DNA from: Podarcis liolepis
Lineage: Eukaryota
Assembly (NCBI GenBank): GCA_965112155.1
Contig: OZ218099.1
Length of the DNA stretch: 64,000 nucleotides
Strand: one strand, 5' to 3'
Made by a program: the position numbers and the translations under genes. Below, one piece after another: positions 12,652 through 25,796 of this stretch (the first letter of the stretch is position 1; every line of letters starts with the position of its first letter). Below the pieces are notes generated by a model, which saw only the letters and a list, made by a program, of their open reading frames with translations, was not told where the DNA came from and searched no databases.

Positions 12652-14196
12652 CTTGCCCTTCTAACTGCAGAAAGCAGCTCACACCCTACCTCCTTTCCAT
12701 AACGAAGCTCTTCTCCTCATATAATTTACAATTCCCACCCACTGCTGAACATTCCTAATTAAACTGGGAAAGCCTAATGATTCTTGCCATCTGTTCAACA
12801 GCAACACTTTCCCCCAACTTTAGATATATGAACTGAAATGGGAGCCATGTGATGCCCATCTCAAGATGCATTACATTGCTCCTGCAGCTTTGTAATCACA
12901 CTGGGGTATGTGCTGACAACAGCACGGGCCAGTTAAGACAAGAACTCAATAGCTGGTGACTGATCACAGCCATGGCAACCAGCAAATCGCTAGGATGCAC
13001 ACTCACATTCCTGCCTGAGACTATCATGCTGACATATTAGCTGTGTGTGTTTTTTTCCAAGAGGACAATCTGCCAGTGGGACAGAACATCTGTCAAGTGC
13101 AACTCAAGATGCAGAGAATGAGGCATGTGGAGGGTGCCAGTTTCCATAGCCCTTACCCAAGGCTCAACTGAGGACCCATGGGACTCTCTTCAATGTTAGC
13201 ACAAGCAGATCAAAAGAAACTGATTCTCCAAGCAAAGGCTATGCTTTGTATTGTGGTCTATTGCCCAATGGGGGTAGAGGTGGAATGAAAACTCCTATTA
13301 GGCATACATGGCTCAGGCCTTGGGGCATGCCTAAAGCAGCTCTTTGAATCCCAGGTCATTATGTAATTCTAACCAGGGTTCTAGAAGTCCACTCATGAGA
13401 GAACACCCCCCCCTCACCCTATACTACATGCCCAGAGCAAAGATCCTATTCCTGCTGGGTTTTTGCAGGAGGTAGCAGTAGTGAGGTGCTACTGGTGCTT
13501 CCTTCAAAAGCCCAGAATGAAAGAAGAAGCACCCTTCCTTCTTCCAAGGACAACTCAAGGGAGGAAAGTTGGAGCAGCTTCTCTCCCTTCTTGCTAGGCT
13601 TCTGAAGGAGGGTGGCAAGTGAGGAGAACCACCCTGAAGGGAATGATCAGTGGTAACTACAAGTTATGGTTGTGTAATTAGCCACACCAAGACTTGGTGA
13701 TCCCCTTTGCAAACCCCTACATGGGAGATCCCCACTTCTCAATTCTGAATGCCTGCTTTAGATGTTATTAAGGCCTTTCAGTATAGCTGTCATGGTCTGG
13801 AAATAATAGGAATTTATAGTAATATAACTGAGCTCATTGAAAAGGATGGCATGTAATTGTCACCAGCCCAGTTTTCCAGCCTGCCCCAGTTAAACAAGCA
13901 TTCTGATAAGTTTAAATGCCTCCCAAGTACCCGAAGAGTTTGGTGAGCCACTGATTGCTCACACCCTGTTCTCCATCTAACAATCTTGAAAAAGTGATGT
14001 CTAGAAGTGGTTAACACATTTGTATAGAAACAAGAGCATCCTTACCAGAATACCACATCTCAGTCTGGCACACATACCTCCAGAATAGATTCCAAAATAA
14101 TTATCAAATAAATGGCAATTATCAGACTTCACTAGAAGGAAATCAGTACCATGATAGTTAAACTGGCTTAAAGCAGTTTCACTTTGTAGTGTAGAT

Positions 14197-14332
14197 CAAG
14201 GTTTCCCAAACCTGGGTCTCCAGCTGTTTTTGGACTACAATTCCTATCATCCCTGACCACTGGTTCTGCTACCTAGGGATGATGTGAGTTGTAGTCCAAA
14301 AACAGCTGGAGACCAAAGTTTGGTAAACCCTG
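14197..14332. mobile_element. Same hAT MITE family, opposite orientation
   Basis: 136 bp; TSD gtgtagat/gtgtagaa; older relatives near 18334-18457, 32114-32250 and 55060-55140. Confidence 0.88.
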
Positions 14333-17300
14333 GTGTAGAAGAACCTTTAAAAATCTTTAGTGTAAGTTTGTTAAAGAGCACAATGTATGCTGCAGTTCAG
14401 CCTAATATTCTGGGGCTGCTTAAATGATATCCATTTAGCGACTAAATGTTCACAATGCCCCCTTCTGGTCTGACAGTAAGTCAGCAACTGGAGTTCTTAA
14501 AGGCACCCAGATCTTTTTCCATCAAAACCAAAGCTGCTCAGCCTTCCACATGAAAGTAACTAGTTGGCACTATGCCTGGCATTGCAGAAGAATGGCTGCC
14601 ATTTTATACGTAAGCATCAATGGGACTTCTAACCAAATGTACCATTAGTGCACGGCAGGTACAGGTCTGCTATGAGGATTTCTACCGGGGGTATCTACAG
14701 CACGTACTGTAAACTGAAGAAAAACAATGTATGTAATCAATTGGTGTAATGCAAGTTCTTGATCAGGAGATACCTGACAAGCTGTTCCATAGGTCTGCCA
14801 AGGATTCCAAATCCTGTCCTTCCCCCACTGTTACCATCTTATTTATATATATCTCCCTAGGCCAGGAATAGAGAAGCCTTTTTTGGCCATAGAGCCACAT
14901 CCACCCTTGGCCATGAACACATGCACAGGACACAGGACAGTCTCCCCTCTTCAGATGATCTTTGCAAATCAGCTGAGGAAGGGATAATTTGCATCAACAG
15001 GAGGCTGCTAAACTGGAAGAAGAGGTTTAAAGCCCAGCATCATGTTTTTTTCTTTCTTTTTCCTGTCACTGCTAAAATTGCTGGGGGCTTGGGGGTCAGA
15101 AAAATTTGCAGCTGGAGGTCAGCCATCCCTGTTATAGACTCTGTTAATTGCCCTAGGCCCTTGAAAACTCTTGATTCACCCATGCATTTCTGCAAAAGCA
15201 TCTCCATTATGATTTCATAGCAATTACAGCTATGAAAATACTATTGCTCAAGTCACAGAGTTAAGAGATAAAGACCCTAGATTCACGCTCCCTCCATAGT
15301 CTTCCAACAGAACAAAACCCGATCCCTCTTCAATGAAAGCCAGCAGCATCAAGAAGCTACAGATCACAGAGACGGTAATTAGCCCATTCCCATCCACTGT
15401 TCATGCCTCAGAAACAATTTAGAAGTTATATGATACAACAATAGTCCAAGGGAGGCCTCTATAATGAGCTGCAATCACTGCTGAGAAAAGGACCATATTT
15501 CACTACAATTAACGAACAAATATCTGTTGGAGGTTATTAAGCAATGTGCTGTTTTCGCTTGGAAAATGCAGCCTACTCTGTCCTCAGGCTGTTGATTTAC
15601 TCCTGTTAACATGAAACTTGTCCAGGAATTTGCTGTAGATCCCATATGCCATGTTAAAAATGCTTAATAGTAATATATCATCATTAGTCTGTTCCTATCA
15701 ATGAAAGTGCAATACGACCTTTTCCTCAAAAAGCAATGGGTTATTGAGGGCACTATAGATGAGGACAACATGGGCAAAAGAAAAGAAACAGCTAGTCTGC
15801 CCCACAGAACAGGAAGCAAATGGGCTGTGGAAACAGGGACAGGGAGGGTTATGATTGCATCTGGCTGTCAGCATATCAGCTGGGCTGTAAAGGAACTAGT
15901 GTAGAAGCTAGATAGTGTACAGAATCAATGATGAAAGGAGTTCAGTCTGGCAAGAAGGCAAACTAGATGCTGTGGTAGATCCAGAATCCCTGCTGAGGCC
16001 GCTGTGGCTGATATAAAGGTAAGGGGTGGAGGGAGCTTGTTACCCCAATTTGGGTGGGATGGGATTGGCCTCTATAGGGTTTCCCACAACCAGATTCAAA
16101 AAAATAAAAATTCACTTTAATATGGTGTGCTTGGCACATTTATATTTAGGGCTATGTGGCTTTGACCACAGGAGGGAGGATATAATTAGGTTGATTTGTG
16201 TCTATCTGGAAGGCCTTGGTGGGGGGTGGAGAGGATCAGAAATAGCCTGTTTATAGAACTAAAATGCCTAGCCACATGGAGCTCAGCTGTCTGCAAAACA
16301 AGGACAACATTTTGAAAAAATAAGACATGCCAAATGAGAAATTGAAACGTGACACAACAGTTTCATATGGACTGCATTTCAGTGAGACGGATTAAACTAG
16401 AACATCAGGCAAGATAAAAGCAATCTGAATAGAGTTGCCACACTGGATGGCTGGTTACCTATTTAATTTTTTGAATCTAAAAGATTGTCAAATATTCCAA
16501 GTAGCCGTGATACTGGTGCTGCTTGAAGAACTAACCTGCTAATCTAGCATGTGCCTTTAAAACTGCCATTTGTTATTAAATAGTTGTTACTTTGCTTTAT
16601 TTTTGCTTTAATTTCCTTTATAACAAAAAAATCCAACTGCGGGCTGGCCCTGCTGTTCCAGGATAAAAGCCAATGAGGAGAACTGCTCAGTAAATCATTC
16701 ACTTTTATAGAAACCTTATGTAACAATGTTAAAAGCTGTAATTCAAAGCAATGCTTTTAAAAAGGTAATTTCATTCTTTCACAGTTAACAGTTATCTAAC
16801 TTGTTTTTGCAGTTAACGTAAGTATCAACCCACTTGAGAATATCTTTTTTCCTTATACAGTCTGGCTGATCAAATGGGCCAAATCTTTTTGACCTGTCAA
16901 ATGCCTATCCCTAGACCTGAATGCAATTAAGGCTTATTTTAGAAGGAGGCTATGCACGTATTTCTCCGTGATCATCATGGGTATTTGCATGTGTTTCACA
17001 GGGGAGTGAATGCACCCTTCTTTTTAAAACACCCCTCTGGACCTTTTTCAGGAGCTTGATGTTCCCATTTTCCTCCTCAAGTTGGAAAGGTCAGGAAGTA
17101 AAAGATGTCCTTCCCCAAGTGAGGCAGAGGGGTGAGAGGAAGTGCTGAAAGCTGTTTTTAATGCTACTTTAAGATCCACAGTAGACATCAAAAAGAGTGG
17201 AATTAAATGCAAAATGTATTTATTGACTGTCTGCATTTGAGAAGTTGTTTACCTCATTCAGCTGATTGTATCAAAACTTAATCAGCCGAGATATGAACAA

Positions 17301-18467
17301 ACCTTATGCCAGCCTGTCTTAGCATGTTGCAATTAACCCCAGAGGTCTTCAATTTCACATAATTTCTTGCTATGTCTGAACCATGAAACTATGACAATCA
17401 GGATCAGAACAACCAGGTTCTTAAACCACCTTCCAACTATGGTTTAATATCCTGGCCGGTTTCCCCCCGTCCTGGTAACCACAGGACAGGATTCAACTAA
17501 CATACCCTGCCTGTTAGGAGACATGATTTTTTCTAGGTTAGAAATCAGAAGAAAAGCTACTACCGGTACTTAATTTATAAAGGAAAGGCTAGTTTTGTTT
17601 TTTCAAAAAACACAACAGGATGGGAGAAGAGATTATCAGATGACAAGCGAGTGTCAACCCACTGTCTCTAAAAGTCCTGAGAGCTGTGGAAGGGACTTGT
17701 CCATCACGTCTGTCTGAGTACCATAACAAGGGCAATGAAGGCAAAGCAAGAATACCATCAGCCACACTGCAGTAGATCTGGAGGGGCATGTCAGCAGCCA
17801 CTTTCCCTTGGGACTTGGCTTATTTTCCACTGTCATACGCTACTGCAGCTAGACATATTCACTGTTTAACACAACCAAACACAGCATGTCTTTACAGTTT
17901 TATCTGTCTAAACGATCTGATGCCAGCATTGCTCAGTTTGGGAAGGTAACCGCATATGTAGAAAGAGTATTCTTTTGCTACAGCATGATGTGAGTGGTGC
18001 CTATGCATAAAGGTAAAAAGAAATGGCCTGCTTTCCTTTGGGCAGGACCATTCCCAGATCTAAATCCCAAAGCTTGTTCTTTCTAGAAAAAGAAGAACAA
18101 GAAGATGAAGAGAAACATACAGAGATAGGACAGATCTCCCTTTAAAGTTATTGTAAGAATAGAGTAGAACTAAAGATCATCTTGTCCAACTGTCCATCCC
18201 CTAAGCAGAATCTGCCACGAACCCACACCACGCAACAACCAAGGAACATAATATAGTATAGCTTGCATGAGCTACACAGCCGTGTAAGCAGAGAACAGAA
18301 GCAAGCAGAGAACAAAAGCAAACAAAGTTACACCAGAGAGTGGCTAATACTCTAGATGTTGTTGGACTCCAACTCCCATCAGCCTCAGCCAGCAAGGGCC
18401 AGGGATGATGCAAGTTGTAGTCCAACAACATCTGGAGGGCACCGTGTTGGCTACCTCTTTAAATAAT

Positions 18468-18529
18468 TCAATGGAAGGTTTAAATTGACAATGGAAGGTT
18501 TAAATTGAGTTCAATGGAAGGTTTTAAAT
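18468..18529. repeat. Three tandem copies of a ~20-bp unit (CAATGGAAGGTTTAAATTGA)
   Basis: Direct inspection. Confidence 0.85.
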
Positions 18530-18770
18530 AGCTCTCCAGTACACTATAGTCGCAGCACAAAAACACCCAGAGACCAACGTACAGGACAGAAATTATTTGG
18601 GAATTTACTATCCTGCAACTAGACTGAGCATATGAAAACAGGGGGCAAAGACAAAGACTGCATCATTACCCTAATACACAATGCTGCCAGGCTGCTCATT
18701 TCAGAATAGTAAACTAGAACACAAGCAATGAAATCTTCATCCCCATGGAGCGGAATTAAGCAGCACTTAC

Positions 18771-18855
18771 CCTTGGAAGTCAGTATCAACAAGCAGCCGG
18801 ACCAGAATTCCTGTCACAGCCACAAGGATTGGATAGTGATCTACGCTCTCCAGTC
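18771..18855 (-). CDS. RNF123: RNF123 exon 35 (last exon visible)
   Basis: [28 protein letters not shown]; donor GTAAGT; 85 nt. Confidence 0.94.
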
Positions 18856-20629
18856 CTAGGGAAGAAAGCAGGTATTTCAAATTACAATCAGTTCTATGAA
18901 AAGTTAGTTTGTTGACTTCCCTTGAGCACCCCTTTTTATCTTCTTAACTATAGCAGAGGACAAATCTAGCATAGGACTGCACTGAGGAACACCACCAGCC
19001 TAAGTTTTCAGGAGACCAGGAGGAGATAAATGTTTGCATTAATTCACTTAAAGATTTGTACTACTACATCCATCAGCTTCATCAGGTCTTTGCTAGAACA
19101 CCATAAGATCAAATGAGTCCTCCTCCACCACCACTCCCAGTATGGACAACCCTGGACAAAACAGAATGAACCTCCTTGGAAAACAGGAAATCTTAGAGGT
19201 AAGTGACAAACACTAGAGAAAGCACTTGCTCATCTCTGCTAATGCCACTGTCTGGTTTTCAATTAGAAGGGCACTTAAAAGGATTGTGCAGAAAAAATGG
19301 AATGCTGCTAAGCCCTTCAGTAGTGGTCCAGCATTCCTCCACCTTCCAGTCAGCATACAATCCCCCGAGTCACCCAAACACAAGAGTGTTTCTCATGCAC
19401 ATAACCTTGAAGATGGCACTTGAAGACAGGTCTGAAGAAGTGCTGAGTGATTATTCCAATTTTCTCCTGCTTCTAGGTGAGCATGAAAGTAGCCAATGCT
19501 TTGAAATGTGGAAGACTTGATGGTGGTCACACATGCCAATATGCCCCATGTTTCCAACAGGGCAGAGGTGCTCGAGCTGGGATAATGTGGGTATGACTAA
19601 AGCAATGCTCAAAATTTTAAGGGAAGCGGAGGGGGGTAAAACAAGCTTGTCCAAATTTAAAATTAGGCACGCTTCAGAGACAACTTTCTTCAGGATGACA
19701 GCTATTCATATGGTCCTTTACTCCACATGCTTACGACCATACCTATTCCAGAATGTTCTTTCTATCACACTACTTACATCACACAGATGCCAAATAAATA
19801 AACCCATCAAAGAATAGGAAAGTGTAAAAATGTGTGGATCTTTTAAAGCTCTCTCCATTCACAATCTCAATTTTCAATGAGGGTTGAGCCCTTGTTCCCC
19901 AAGAAGGAACACAAGGGCACATTGACTCAGCAATATTGTTTACTTCCTAATACTGATCAGTATGACATAGATCTGCAGCAGTGTGTGCCACAGCAGTTAT
20001 TTAATAGTGCTGTGTGAAGGAAAAGGGTCCATGCTCTGCGGGAGGGTGAGGGGACAGGCAGAGAGTGCACACACTGCTAACACATGCTGTCCTTTTCTCA
20101 TCATAAGACACCAGAATAACCAGCCGAAATGAAGGGCTAAAGATAATGGAGCTATAGCGTAAGTGGAATCTAGTCAGCAATTTTGCAGTTAAATGCAGCT
20201 CCTGCTCATTCACCGGTATCGCTCTCTGACAGCTTTTAGTGCGGAAGCAGGACATCTTGCCTCCCTAAAGATTACTTTGCAATTTAACAAGCTCTGTACA
20301 AGAATGGATTCCTTCACCCTGAGTAGGTGGGCACACAGCCATCACTTAATGACTGCTTACTGTTTAGAGCCAAAAGATCCCATTTCCCATCATTGCAGGT
20401 TTTATGCATTTCTGTAAGCAACGAAGGCCAAGACCACATGGGGCTTCCTTTTGGGATTGGATGCCATCTTTCATTCTCACATGTGCTCTGTTGGGCTCCT
20501 GCCTATCTGAAGAGCGGATGGGAGGGAGCTGTGGCATCAATGGAAGCTGCACTGACACCATAATCAGAGATAAAAGGTCAGCACAGAATTCTCCCCACAG
20601 ATATTTCCTATCTTGTTCAAAGGACTGGG

Positions 20630-20885
20630 AGGAGGAGTTTAGATGGAGGAGTTTAGATTTGATATCCCGCTTTATCACTACCCAAAGGAGTCTCAAAGTG
20701 GCTAACATTCTCCTTTCCCTTCCTCCTCCACAACAAATACTCTGTGAGGTGAGTGGGGCTGAGAGACTTCAGAGAAGTGTGACTAGCCCAAGGTCACCCA
20801 GCAGCTGCATGTGGAGGAGCGGGGAAGCGAACCCAGTTCACCAGATTACAAATCTACTGCTCTTAACCACTACACCACACTGGCT
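20630..20885 (-). mobile_element. tRNA-headed CORE/MIR-like SINE (Squam3-like)
   Basis: Reverse complement starts agccagtgtggtgtagtggttaagagc (A box) ... gggttcgcttcccc (B box) ... gtgaccttgggctagtcac (CORE). Confidence 0.8.
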
Positions 20886-21267
20886 CACCCACACTGGGAG
20901 TGGGTGAAGCCCCTGTGCAGACACAATGAATGCCCACAACCACTGGAAACATTCATTTGAGTTTGTAGAAGGAGAGAGGAATATTTCCCAGGAATGACGG
21001 GAGAATTTAGATCACATAAGAATGAAGGAAGCTGCCTCACACCAGGTCAGAGTTTTTGTCTTTCTTACCTAGCTTTGCCTACTCTTTAGTGGTAGTGGCT
21101 CTGAAAGGTCTCAGACAGCTTTGCCATCACCTTTGAACTCCTTTGAATTAGAGCTGCCAGGGACTGAACCTGGAACCTTCTGCATGCAAAGCACATCCTC
21201 TACCACTGAGCTATGGTCCCTCTCCCAAAGCAGGACTGACTGCAAGGTGGCTGGGAAGGAAGCTCAC

Positions 21268-21343
21268 CTGGCAGACGAAGATTGACCACTCTGTCAAACA
21301 AGTTCCGCTCAGCTGTCACACGATTCAGCACCTGATTTAGCAG
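21268..21343 (-). CDS. RNF123: RNF123 exon 34
   Basis: [25 protein letters not shown]; 76 nt. Confidence 0.95.
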
Positions 21344-23393
21344 CTGTGGGGAAGTAAGAAGAGATGGCAGGATGATTAAAGCAGAAGATGGAATTCTCTC
21401 TCTGCACACTTGCAGAGATGCTCATATGTTACTCCTGATAATTTCCAGTCTGATCATCAGGGTTTAGACAACTCAATTCCCTCGGATTCAGAAATCTCTC
21501 TACAACAGCAGGCACAATATTGGGCACTGCATTGTAATAAGGTGTGCTGGGATACAGAAAGGGCCTTGAGGGTTGTTCCTTCCTTTATGCCCTGGAACTG
21601 TCTGCCTTTCAGACCCACAATAGCAGAGGATGGTCTTCCAAGAACATATATTTTACAGCAGATGATGAGATACTAGATGGATGAATGATAATGCTCTATG
21701 TGGCCCTAGATTTCATGGTGTGGAGGATACCCATCAGCAGGGCTGCTCAGAAAAGAAATATGACAGGCCTCTCTGTGAACCATGAGAATGACAACAGACC
21801 TGAGCCTTCAGCAATAACAGACTGAAAATGTGGCTCAGGTTGCATCAGCTCACATCTCAGGCTGTGGACACTTTCAATGAAAAAACTCTTAGAAGGCAAA
21901 ACAGCTCTTAATTCCATGGATGGATGGGGTCTCTTTCTAATAAGGCAAATTTCCACATGCATACAGTGGAACCTTAGCACAAAGGTACATGCAAGGTTGT
22001 GCAGTGATATTTGATTTAAAGAAGTTGAGCAAAATGAGGAAATAGCCAGCAGTGAGTCATCATTCCAGAGAGCAAGCTGATGCTTCAACTAGAATGTGAC
22101 AGAATTCTGAAAGTGGCACCCAAAGAACATTTAGCACATTGTTTTCCCCTCCAGGGAAAACTGCACTGAAGAAACAATTCATAAAAGCCTTTCAAAGAGT
22201 TAGTTTCAAAATTAAAACCTGACATTTTTGGTCAACCTATTTTCAAACACTGCACTGTAGTAGGTTCATCTGCATGTAACTGCTTATAGGTGGTTATGGT
22301 GTACCGCAAGCCTCTTTACATGGCCAGTCATCGCATGACAACTCAAACTAGTTTCCAGATGGATCTGCTACAGTGACCCATGCAAGCAAGTCCCAAGTGA
22401 CACGCACACCTTGCCCTCCCCATCTTTAAGCATCAGTGTCTACATCTGTAAGTTTCATGTTCTCCATTGTTACCTAATGGCTAATGGCTGTAAGATTTAG
22501 CATCTTCACTCAAGTGGCCATGTAATCTTGCCAGGACATCTGCTGATCAACTGTCTGGTCATTTGGTGGCCAGGTTGACCATGGACAATGGAAATGGAAC
22601 ATGCAAGGCTACCTGTCTGGGCCTTTGGAATCTGATATTGTTGATGATGGTTGGTGTTTCAGCTTTGTGTTGCTATTTTTCCTTAATGAACTTACAATTT
22701 TGTTCCGTTTTATATTATATTACATTGTAACCTGTGCTGACAGCCACCTTGTGCTCCAATCTGGAGCAAACAGGTGGAGGTATATGAAAACATTGGAATA
22801 AATGAATGAATGAATTATTCTGTCTGTACTGGATGGGTCTGATGCATGGATAATGAAAACATGTGAGTATGAATTGATGCTTGGCAGAAAATATGATTTA
22901 CTGATACATCATGCTTTAAAAGCTTTAAGTAAACCGTAGGGGGCATTAAGGCATTTGAAAAAGGAAGCAAGGGCTGAAGCCCAGAGAAAGAGATTCTTAG
23001 GAATATCATCGGGAAGGGGTACAGATTGGCTTATCCTTCCACTTCTTGAAATGTATGGCCGTCTTTACTCTGGAGTTCTTTTCCAGGAAGAAATTACCAA
23101 AGAAGAAAAAGGGCAGTGAACTGGAGACCTTTATCTTGCTGCAGACATGCATACACACAATCTCTCAATAATCACTAACGGAGTAAGACAGTAGTGTGGG
23201 AGGGGAGGGGAGAGCCAGCCTGCAGTTTGTATAAGTTAGCTCCTAAACTTGCTGGTGCCACATTCTTTTAGAATAATATAGTTCACACCGGAAACTGTGA
23301 CTATGCCAAATGACAGCACCCACATCCTCAGCTAAAAACCTTTGCCCCTTGCCATGTACCCAACCTAATGTTTTCCTGAGGAAAAGTGAGTAC

Positions 23394-23582
23394 CTGTGCA
23401 AGTCTCCTGAGTAATAGCTCTGATGAGGGGCGACTCCAGTCCAGGAAGATCTCAGGAGCCAGTGTGACTGTCATTTCCAAGACCCTGAGCAGGCTCACTG
23501 ACAGGTCAAAGCACGTTGCACACACCTTCAACTGGCGACTGTCTACAAAGTTTCTTTCCAGGCGCTCTGCAGCTTGCTGGAT
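23394..23582 (-). CDS. RNF123: RNF123 exon 33
   Basis: [63 protein letters not shown]; 189 nt. Confidence 0.96.
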
Positions 23583-23834
23583 CTGCCCAAGCAAAATAGA
23601 TGCAGCTTAATGTAAGAACTGGAAGGGGGAGCAGCTGTTCTCTTCACACCTGCCCCTAACTCCCCCCCTTTTCCAGTTCATGCACAAGTCAGCTTAATCC
23701 CAGCATCCCACAAGAACTGTGCTGCAAACTGCTACTGACACCCAGTAAGGAAAGGACTTTTGTTTTTATCCTCCAGGATGACAGGCAGAGGCTTACTCCT
23801 TCAATCAGATTCATTCTGGATCCAAAACTCTCAC

Positions 23835-23974
23835 CTCCTGAATCATGCCAATGAACTCTGAGAAGGCCCAGTTCAGCTGGTTAAGCACACTGTTGAGGAA
23901 ACTGGGTGCCATTTCACGGTCACTCCGCAGCAGGTCCGCCATGTGTCGCTGCAGCAGGGTGGAGGGACAAGGCT
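23835..23974 (-). CDS. RNF123: RNF123 exon 32
   Basis: [47 protein letters not shown]; 140 nt. Confidence 0.96.
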
Positions 23975-24765
23975 CTGGAATGAAACAACAGCGGCTTCTT
24001 AAGAGGCCACACTACCGGAAGGTGCTGGGCAGCTGTTGCCCAAGCCCAGCCTGTTTCACTGCCATCGTGTGGAAATGTGGAACAGTTTATAAGTTTATAC
24101 GTATGTGCCCCTTTCACTGCATTCAGCTTCATTTTGTCTCTCAAAAATCACAAGGAATTCTTGGAGCCTCCTCCCAGCAGAGGCCCTCTTTACAATAAGT
24201 AGAGGCGGCAGCTGCCCTCCAAGGCCAGCTCTCACACATGGACTATTCTGAGCCTGTCCCGTCTCCAAGGCCCGGAGCTCTTTGCCATAATGCCGGTCTG
24301 AATTAGCTGGGATGTGGTCATGCACATTTGCTGTCTCTCTCTGCAAGTAAGAAGCTGTGCCCTGCAGCTGAGCTCAAGCCAAGCATCCCTCCTGCTCATC
24401 CCCACAATGCCCTAGGTCAGCTCAGCACTAATCTCTCCTGAAAGCAGCATCACAGTAGCTCCCTAGCAGGGAATCAGCACCCAAGACAGACAGTCCCACT
24501 CCTCTCTGCCAGCATGGCACATGTTCACACTTGTTTGTCCATTTCCAATCAGGGTGAGAAATCTAAAGGGGAGGAGGAATTAAACCCAACTCTTTTCCAG
24601 CCTGCCAATGGAACCCAAAAGCAAGCCCGAAACAGAGGTGCATTTTAAATTTTGTGTGTGTGTGTGTGTGTGTGTTAGCTACAGGAACTTTGCTAGCTCT
24701 CATTAATAAGTCCTCCTCATCAGAGTCTAAAAGGAGGGCCATTTGTTTCCTCACTTCCCTTAGAC

Positions 24766-25796
24766 CAGTGTTTCCCAACCTTTTTTGGGCAAAGGCACAC
24801 TTGTTTGATGAAAAAAATCTCGAGGCACACCACCATTACAGCCCCGTGACGTCAGCGCGCAGCGTCACGCCGGGAGGGACGCACGAAAGTGTAACTTTCA
24901 ATTTTTTCCCCTCCCCCTTGCCGGGGAACCTCCAAGCTTTGGGGGTGGGGGGGGGAGGAGGCAGCAAAGCGAGGGACTAAGGGACTCCTCCAACGACAAG
25001 GGTTGGGGAAGAAGAGAAAGGGCTATTCCGCTCCAGTCACAGGAGGGGAATATGTACTGGCCCAACTGGTGTGCGGTCTTCGGAAAGCGGGGTGCGGGAA
25101 GGAAGCCTAGGCTCGGGGTCCACCGACCTCGGCGGAGAAAGGCAACAACCGGAGCCGATGACGAGCCGGCGCATGCATGCAGTGGCTGGCCTCGAGCTCG
25201 GGAAGCTGCGCGCGGTGATGTTGACGCGGGGCGTGCGAGAGCTTGGGGGCGGGGGGGGGGAGAGAGAGAGAAAGAGTTGGCAGCACCAGGCGCTGTTACT
25301 TATTGTGCTGCGGACGCTGCCAGCAACTGCGGTGGTTGTGTGGTTGTGCGGCCGCCGCCGCCGCAGAACGTCCTCGTCAGTCAGCTGAGCTGCCTGGCGG
25401 CGTAGGGAGCCGAGGGGCGGGGCTTCCTTTCTGAAGGAGCTGAGGGTGGGGGTCCTCCGGCGCCTTCGGCGAAACGGCGCCGGCCCAGAGCGCTTCTAGG
25501 AGGCTGCCTTTGTGCGCGACGTAAAGCCCTCTTTCCCTCCCTCCAGCCCTGTGTCACCTGTGGAAAAGGGGGCTGGATCCAGTGACGCAACTTGGAAAAC
25601 TGTTAGGGAAGCCAGAGCAGGAAAGTGAGTGGGAGGCAGCATCGCCGCTTTAACCCACGTTTCCTTTTTGAAAGAGAAACTTGTTTCCCAACCTTTTTTG
25701 GACTCGCTCGCCTCCCTCCAGGCAACATCTCGCGGCACACCAGGCAACATCTCGCGGCACACTAGTGTGCCACGGAACACCGGTTGGGAAACACTG
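24766..25796. mobile_element. Non-autonomous hAT element (1031 bp) with GC/CpG-rich interior
   Basis: Perfect 15-bp TIR CAGTGTTTCCCAACC / GGTTGGGAAACACTG; exact 8-bp TSD CCTTAGAC (24758-24765, 25797-25804); no transposase-like ORF. Confidence 0.93.

Noticed and set aside
3400-18700. Numerous 60-110 aa ORFs in the large intron
   Set aside because: No homology or exon structure apparent; many start at non-ATG codons or derive from repeats
20820-20885. tRNA-like A/B boxes here and near 6150, 21170, 46800, 48940
   Set aside because: SINE heads continuing into SINE bodies; no complete cloverleaf seen
25052-25780. Several 60-120 aa ORFs in the GC-rich segment, or a native gene promoter
   Set aside because: Low-complexity ORFs expected from high GC; the segment lies wholly inside TIRs and a TSD
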